A stretch of DNA of 64,000 bases, taken from the NCBI RefSeq assembly GCF_000315625.1, contig NW_005434602.1:243848-307847 (forward strand), in the 5' to 3' direction. A program made the position numbers and the translations under genes. Positions within the stretch are counted from its first letter, which is position 1; each line of letters opens with the position of its first letter. The notes beneath the pieces are model-generated. The model was not told where the DNA came from and searched no databases. It saw nothing but the letters and a program-made list of their open reading frames with translations. Positions 57,501-64,000 of the stretch are shown here, piece after piece. Source of the stretch: Guillardia theta CCMP2712 (taxonomy: Eukaryota > Protista > Cryptophyta).

Positions 57501-60500
57501 ACGCTTGCCTGGAAACGGGCAGAAGGCGCGTCGTATCCCTTGGCAACCAACATCAAGGAAGTGGAGGAGGAAGAAGTCGACGAGGAGGAGGAGAGATTCA
57601 GCTCTGCGATTGCCTGTATCCCGGGGGAGACAGCGTAACCAAGTTGCTCCCCAAGGATCCAGTCGGAGGGGAGGGTGAGGCTGTTGGGGAGGCTGATGAA
57701 ATGGGAGCCGTTCCATCGCATGGCAAGGGAGTTTCCTTGCACTGCCCCAAGAATCAGCCCGACGGTCTGAGAGGTCCCGCTGCTGCCCAGCTGGGGGAAG
57801 AAGAAGGAGACTGATGAAACTCCGTAAGGCCCAGCAGGAGAACTCTGCAGGAGGACGAAGTGAAGGGTGGCAGCATCGGCTCTGGCGACGTACACGTCAG
57901 AGGCTCCCCCGTAGACTGCAGATGAGAAGGCGATGAAGTGAAGGCTGCCGTAGCTGGCCTGGTCGACGCCGAACGCTGCCGCCACCATGAACGTCTGATG
58001 CCTCGTCACGTTCCAAGTGGCTCCGCTGATCCGGAACATCCGAGACTCCGAGCGGAAGCCCTCGGCCTTGGGGTTGAACCTTGACACTACCAAGTACGTA
58101 TCACTCAAGTGCCGGATAGCTCTAAGGCCCGTGGCCCCTACATCAGCGTCTAGCGGCAGCCCTGCTGTCTGGTTGACTATAGACAGGAGGGAGCCAGAGG
58201 GAGGCTGGAGGGGATAAACCATCACAGGGCCGAGGTAGTTGGCGACGGCGAGGTAGGACTTATCCAAGTAGGTGAAGTAAGCTACCTCCCTCGCACCTTG
58301 TGTGATGATCGAGTCGGTCACCCGAGCTCGCAGACAGCTGGAGGTTGTGTTGCTGACGACACAGTCGAGCTTGTAGATGTTGGAGGTCAAGTTGGTAGTG
58401 GAGACGTTCCAAAACTTGGACACGGCGAGGTAGGGCGAGCCTTGGAAGGTGAAAAAGTGCGATGACGAAGCTCCCGACGCGTTTCTTCCATCCAGAGTCC
58501 CTGAGAGGTTCACAAAAGAGCTCGAGTTGTAGAGGTAGACAGAAGAGTTCAACAAGAACCTGACTGACACACGAGCTCCAGCAGACAGTGACGTCACAAC
58601 CGTGGGCGGCGACAGGCCAGTGCTGTTACAGAAGTACTGGAGGCATCTCCGCTGCCACACTCTCTCCCCTCCACTCTGAAGGTAGACTGTTGCTCCCCCC
58701 ATCGGCCCACTCCACTTGGGCATGGCGATCCTTGCTGTCGTTGCCGTCTGTACCGTCACGGCTGCTGAGACCTTGTAGCTCCCGAGCTGCAGGAAGGCAC
58801 TCGGAGGAGAGGAGGAGCTGAACCTCCCCTGGATGTCGATGTAAGTGTCCGTCACTGCTGTAGGAGACCAGTATGCCAGTGTGTTCACTGCTGCCATGCT
58901 CCCTGCTAGCTGGTTGTACAGATCACGAACAGTCTCCTCGCTGATCTTCCTGTCCCACAGCCTGACGCTCTTGATGGCTCCGACATGGGACGACCAGTTT
59001 GACAAGTTGGCAATCGCACATGCTGGTGCGACGCACATGGAGCCGATGGCGAAGGGTGTGGAGAAGTTGCTGCACTGAGAGTAGGAGATTGACCCGCAAG
59101 AAACCGTCGAGCACTGACCAGCTGAGCATCTTTGACAACCTGTCAAAGCTGCGACTTCTGACCCATCCACGTAGACACGCATCTCGCTCGAGCTCACCGT
59201 CGCCACCACATGGTACCATCTCCCAAGCACAGGCGGGCTCAGCGTCGCCACGAGGTCCCTGCGGACACTCGCGTTGGTCATCAGCTCCCGGCTCGTCACC
59301 GCCCACTGCAGCTGGAAGGAGTCGCTCAACGTGTAGAAAAGTTTCCAACCAGCTTCGCAGGTAGTGAGAGGCTGCCAGCTGCTGATGAGCCCGCGACCCT
59401 GAGCTCCGGTCGCCAGACTTTGGATGGTGAACCAGACCTCTACCGAGAGATCGCCCTGCCCCCCAGGCATGCGACTGAGAAGAGACTCTTGGCCATACGA
59501 GGGGGGGAGGAGGACGTTGTCAGAGATGACAAGCCTGCTGTTGAAGTCCCCGTCAAACTGCATCGCGTCACGCAGGCCGTCGGTCATGATGAAGTCCAAG
59601 GCCGACGACCTCGTCTGCTCGATGTTCGAGGCGTTCACTGGCAGCTTCCCGCGAAAGAGGGCAGCTCCCAGCACACCAGCCAGGTCTCGGATCGCCGCAA
59701 GCTCGACCGTGTAGTCGGGGACGAAGGCGGGCTTGGACGAGTTGATCATGTAGCTGTACCTCCAGTAAGAGCTGTTGCCGGTATAGTTGAGCTGCTGCTG
59801 GGGTCCAGGTGGGAAGGGGTTGATAAGCATGCTCTGCTCGAGGTCGTACATGAAGTCGGGGGACAGTTCCCAGTACCCGCTCAAGGCATCTCTGATCCGG
59901 GCGCAGCAGCCTGGGACGAGGCAACGGTCCTCTTGACAAGAGACGTTAAAGCCGTAGGGCTGGTTGCCGGGGAACGAGCTCAAGGAGGGGCAGCCGACTG
60001 AAGGCAGCAGGTACTTGGTTCCTTCCACCTCGAACGGGGTAATGCCGCAGGCGTCGCCGACGGAGAGGTTCTTCTGATAGATCAGCTCCAGTCGCTCCCC
60101 TCCCTCACAGACTCGATCCGAAATGTACCATGACGTTGATCCTTCTACCGCCGTCAGGTTCTTGCGCATCGTCAGAAGGCAGCTAAGATCGGCTTCGAGG
60201 GCGTAGGCGGTGATGCCGTCGTCACTCTGGTGGTAGGCAGTCACGTACTCAGCTCCTGGGGTAGTGAAGATCTCATCCTTCCTGATGGAGGTCAGCTGGA
60301 CTTGCGACTTCCAGGAAGTGTGGGCGAAGGTCAGGGAGCTGCCATGGAAGGCATCGTGCTGGGCTGAGGGGAAGAAGGCAAGGTTCGGAATCGACTTGTT
60401 CCCTGCGTTCTCCAGGACTTGCACGGTCGTCGTAGCCTGCTCGAACGAGTTGTAGGTGGAAGAGCGGTCGGAAAGCTGGCAGACCTGCCCAGCGTTGACG

Positions 60501-63500
60501 AAGTCAGCTCCTGTCGGGTTGGCGACGACGGCGGAGCAGTTGCAGGACTGCGTGTAAGGGACGGTGATGTCGGTACAGAGGACGGTCCAAGGGAGGAAGA
60601 AGCCCGGGGCATCGTTGGACGGGAGGACAGTCATGACGACGTTCCTGGTGGAGTAGTCGTGACCGTCGTAGGCTGTCCCTCCATCGTCCTTGAGCATGAA
60701 GACCACGTACGACGTGCCGCTGCGTGAGGGAGACAGGTGGAGGGTGAGCTGGCCGTTGATGTCAATCTGGGGGTGCTGGCGGAAGAGGTCTAAGCTGCTG
60801 GATGCCACAACGGAGAAGGTAAGTTTCTGCTGGCCCTCGTTGGAGGGCCCCGGCGCGATCCCTTGGGCGAAGGAGGGGAGGCGGTAGAAGGAGGACTCGG
60901 TCAAGTCCAGCTGGCCGGGGATGGAGAAGGTGGGAGGGTCGTTCACGTTGAGGATCGTGATGGTGAGGTACCTCGTGAAGGTGTCAACCCCCCCGTTCTC
61001 CACCCCTCCGTCGTCCTTGAGGTTTACGGAGATGCTCCGCCGCCCGTAGGCATTGCGCGCCCCTTGAAACGTGAGGTTGCCGCACAGGTAGGGCCCCTGC
61101 CGGCACGGAGCGACGACGATGCTGGGCGGTAGGCTGAAGAGATCGAGCTGGGGAGAACGGCAGTCTGTCCCTGCCGGGCAGAGGGTGAAAGAGACTTTCT
61201 GGTGGGGCTCGAAGGTGCTGGAAGCTGTTCCGTCGGCAGACACGTTGACTACGAAGAGTCTGTTGAAGAAGCCGCTGTCCTCCAGCACCGCCAGAGAGTC
61301 GCCCTCGAGCCAGGTGAAGGAAGGAGCGCGGTTGTAGTCCATGACAACTAGCGTCAGGTCGTGCGAGGACGAGTTTCTCATCCCATCATCCAGCAGGATC
61401 GTGAACACTTGGCGGCCGACAGCGTTCGTCCTGAGCTTGAAGACAAGATCTCCGCAAGGGAAGCTGATAGAGGGCATGACCTCGAAGAGCTCATTGGCTG
61501 GCTGGGAGGAAGGGAGAGGAACGAGATGAAACTGTCCGCTCTGCCGTTCGCAACCACAAGTTGGGAACCCGACGTAGGAGGGAGAGGACAAGTTGACGCA
61601 GGCGGGTCGGCAACAGGGATCGGAGACGTTGCCTCCTCTGCAGCCGTTCTCGTATTCTCCCAGGGAGATCGATCGCGCGAAAGACTCGTAGGAGCTCTCG
61701 GTTGACCCTCCGGTGCAGTCGCACAGAGTCTCGAGGTTCCTCATGTCCTGTGGGCTGCCAGCCTTGCACGTCATCCCTGACTCCACCGCCAGCCACGAGG
61801 ATCGGAGGCTGCAGTTGCACTCCTTCCCCCGCAACAGCGCGACTTGACTGGTGATGAGCTCGAAGGATGGCTGACTGTTGACCGGCAGCACGTCAACATG
61901 CAGCTGTGCGACGGTCTTGCCCTCCCCGATGCTGTCCAAGTTTCCGTTGTCCTCGCACGTCAGCTGGAATGTTGTGTTGCCAAACCTCGCGGCTTGAAGG
62001 GAGACGGTCAGTAGCAGGTCAGTCCCGTTCTGAGTCAGTTGCGGATAGAAGACGCCGGTGGGTCCAGAGGTCTGCAGGAGGGAGAAGGAGAGGACTTGAT
62101 AATCCTCCCTCCAACCTCCTCCTCCCACACTCCTCGCAATCACCGTCGTGACTGAGCTCCCGGCCTCTGCCTCTTCCAACATGAAGATGGAGGAGGTCAG
62201 GGTGAACGTGGGCGCCTGGTTGACTGGCAGCACGATGAGACGGAGTGGAGCAGGCAGCGAGAGGTTCTTGCCGCCATGGGCTGCCCCTCCGTCGTCGCGC
62301 AAGAAGACGTTGAAGACGACTCGCCCGTTTCTCTGCGGCTCCAACAGGAAGGAGATGTTCCCACTCGCCACGTCCACGACTATGTCCGTCGAGCTGGCAA
62401 ACAGCTGGAGGTCGCCGTGAAGCTGGTTGGCTCCGTTGAGCTCGTCGATCTCGACACTCTGCCATTCCTTGAGGGGGACTGCTGGGATGCGAGCTGAGAA
62501 CGGAACGACGAGGAAGGAGAGACTTTGACACGCCTCGTCGACCCCAGCTGAGATGTTCTCGACGATCAGCCGCGTGTGTGCGCAGGCCTCTTGCGCTGTG
62601 CACTCGAGGACTGTCACCTCGTTGACGAGCATGCTGAAGGAGGGAGCATGGTTCACCGGATGCACGAGGATGCAAACTTCCGACGTCGGCGAGCGAGCAG
62701 GCGGCGACCCGTCATCGTACAGGGTCAGGTTGTAGGAGGAGAGGCCGAAGGCGCGGGGCGCGAGCTCGAAGACGATGGAGCCGTTGGCGAGGACAGCAGG
62801 CGGGGAGATAAAGTCGAGGAGCTGCGGGGAGGAGGCACAGGAGGTCGGAGGGAAGATCGACAGCCTGTCGACGCCGCAGCCGGAGGAGCCGGTGGAGCTC
62901 GAGACGTCGACAAGCTCGAAGGTCACGAGCTGTTGTGCTTCACCGCAGACGTCCACCACCTCACTGGGCCTGACGTCCCCAGCAAGGCCCACCAGAAGAT
63001 TTTGGCCCTCGTCGTGCTGGTTCAGGATCAGCAGCTGGCGATCGAGGGAGAAGACGGGGGGCTGGTTGGCGCAGGCGATGGTGAGGAGGAGGAGCTGCCA
63101 GGTGGAGTCGACGCGCTGGAAGATCGGGTTGTACCAGGTGACGTTAACGATGATGCTGAAGTTGCCGAGAGCGTTCCTCTTGGTGACCCAGTACAGCGAC
63201 CCCGTCGGGCTCAAGTCCATGGAGACCAGGAGCGATCGGTCGGGCACCTGGAGCGAGTAGTTGAGAGCTGGTCCTTGTGTCGGGATCGGGGAGAGGAAGC
63301 CGCTGAGCTCGCAGGAGAAGATACATTGATCGTTGCCGTATATGGGAGGGACTTCCTTCAAGGTGAACAGGTAGAGCTGGAAGGGCTGCTCTGTTGACCC
63401 TCCAGCAGAGTCAGTGACCCGCATCGTCAGATTGTTCCAACCAGGAGCGAGAGGAGGAGCCTTGAGATTGACGTGAAGGTTTCCCTTGACCCCCTGCAGC

Positions 63501-64000
63501 ACAGTCTCGCCAACGAGAGTATCCTGCAGCAGAATGGAGCCTGTCAAGACCTGCCAAGACTCTTCGAGCGGGCCAGCGGACACGCTGTAGACGAGATCGC
63601 GGAGGATTTGATTGGAGTCAGAGAGAGCATAGATCTGCGGCTGGACGAGGAACGTCGGGAGCTGGTTGACCGGGTGGATCTGGAGGAGGAGGGTGTGGGA
63701 GATCTCCGACTGGTGCATCACTACCTGAAACTCGACGAGGCCGTTCCAGAAGCGTCTTGGGAGGAGGCTCAACGTCGCTGACTGACAGACGACGTGACAG
63801 ACAGAGGAAATGTTGGGGGGTTGAGCCATCAGGCCCCCGTCAGTCGAGTCGTTGGAGTATGAGTTGTTGAGAAACAGGCGGTGGCGGATCGGGGAGATGG
63901 AGAAGTAGATCAGTTCGTTGCCGCTGTGGTCGTAGGGAGTGTCGGGCTGCGCAACAATATTGACGATGAAGTTGGGGATAACTGTCACATTCGCATCTTC
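51528..64000 (-). CDS. Giant (>4000 aa, 5'-partial) extracellular protein: cadherin/Ig-like repeats, LamG-like domain, beta-propeller repeats, IPT/TIG domain, C-terminal propeller
   Basis: Intron 53425-53666 (AG|GTAGAG...CTGCAG|C) fuses the 3441-aa and 626-aa ORFs in frame (ETY-S-FYIVSMNSSK). About 12 VxxVNxxPxF linkers with DDGGxxxGG motifs. LamG-like WYHVVATV..MRVYVDG..IKSVRLWDR. TIG-like PRVFQVSP..LTVTGVFFG. Repeated GGxF..WDG propeller blades. Confidence 0.85.

Overview
Eukaryotic nuclear DNA with many short (about 45-55 nt) GT-AG introns and GC-rich, palindrome-laden intergenic islands. The style suggests a cryptophyte alga (Guillardia/Hanusia-like); this is inference, not verified. Left to right: a partial right-handed beta-helix (FBXO11-like) gene; a small signal-anchored gene; a PDZ + Sfi1-like (33-aa, Trp-anchored) repeat gene convergent with a four-domain voltage-gated Ca/Na-type channel that has an N-terminal PDZ, an unusual E/S/D/E filter, an SH3-like segment and an 11-aa repeat tail; a secreted His/Ala-rich protein; a RING-H2 protein; and a 1483-aa DUF4116-repeat protein. 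Then comes a 12-kb accessory region holding six same-strand copies (4 intact, 1 frameshifted, 1 fragment) of an unrecognised ~132-aa Ser/Thr/Gly/Asp/Asn-rich protein. These copies share predicted UTR-only introns and promoter layout, and show patchwork (gene-conversion-like) variation. After that: a Met/Gln-rich RGG protein, a signal peptide-LRGG-PDZ-WW protein head-to-head with a SAM methyltransferase, a repeat-rich membrane protein, and a >4000-aa bacterial-adhesin-like protein running off the right edge. No rRNA, tRNA, CRISPR array or recognisable transposase was found.
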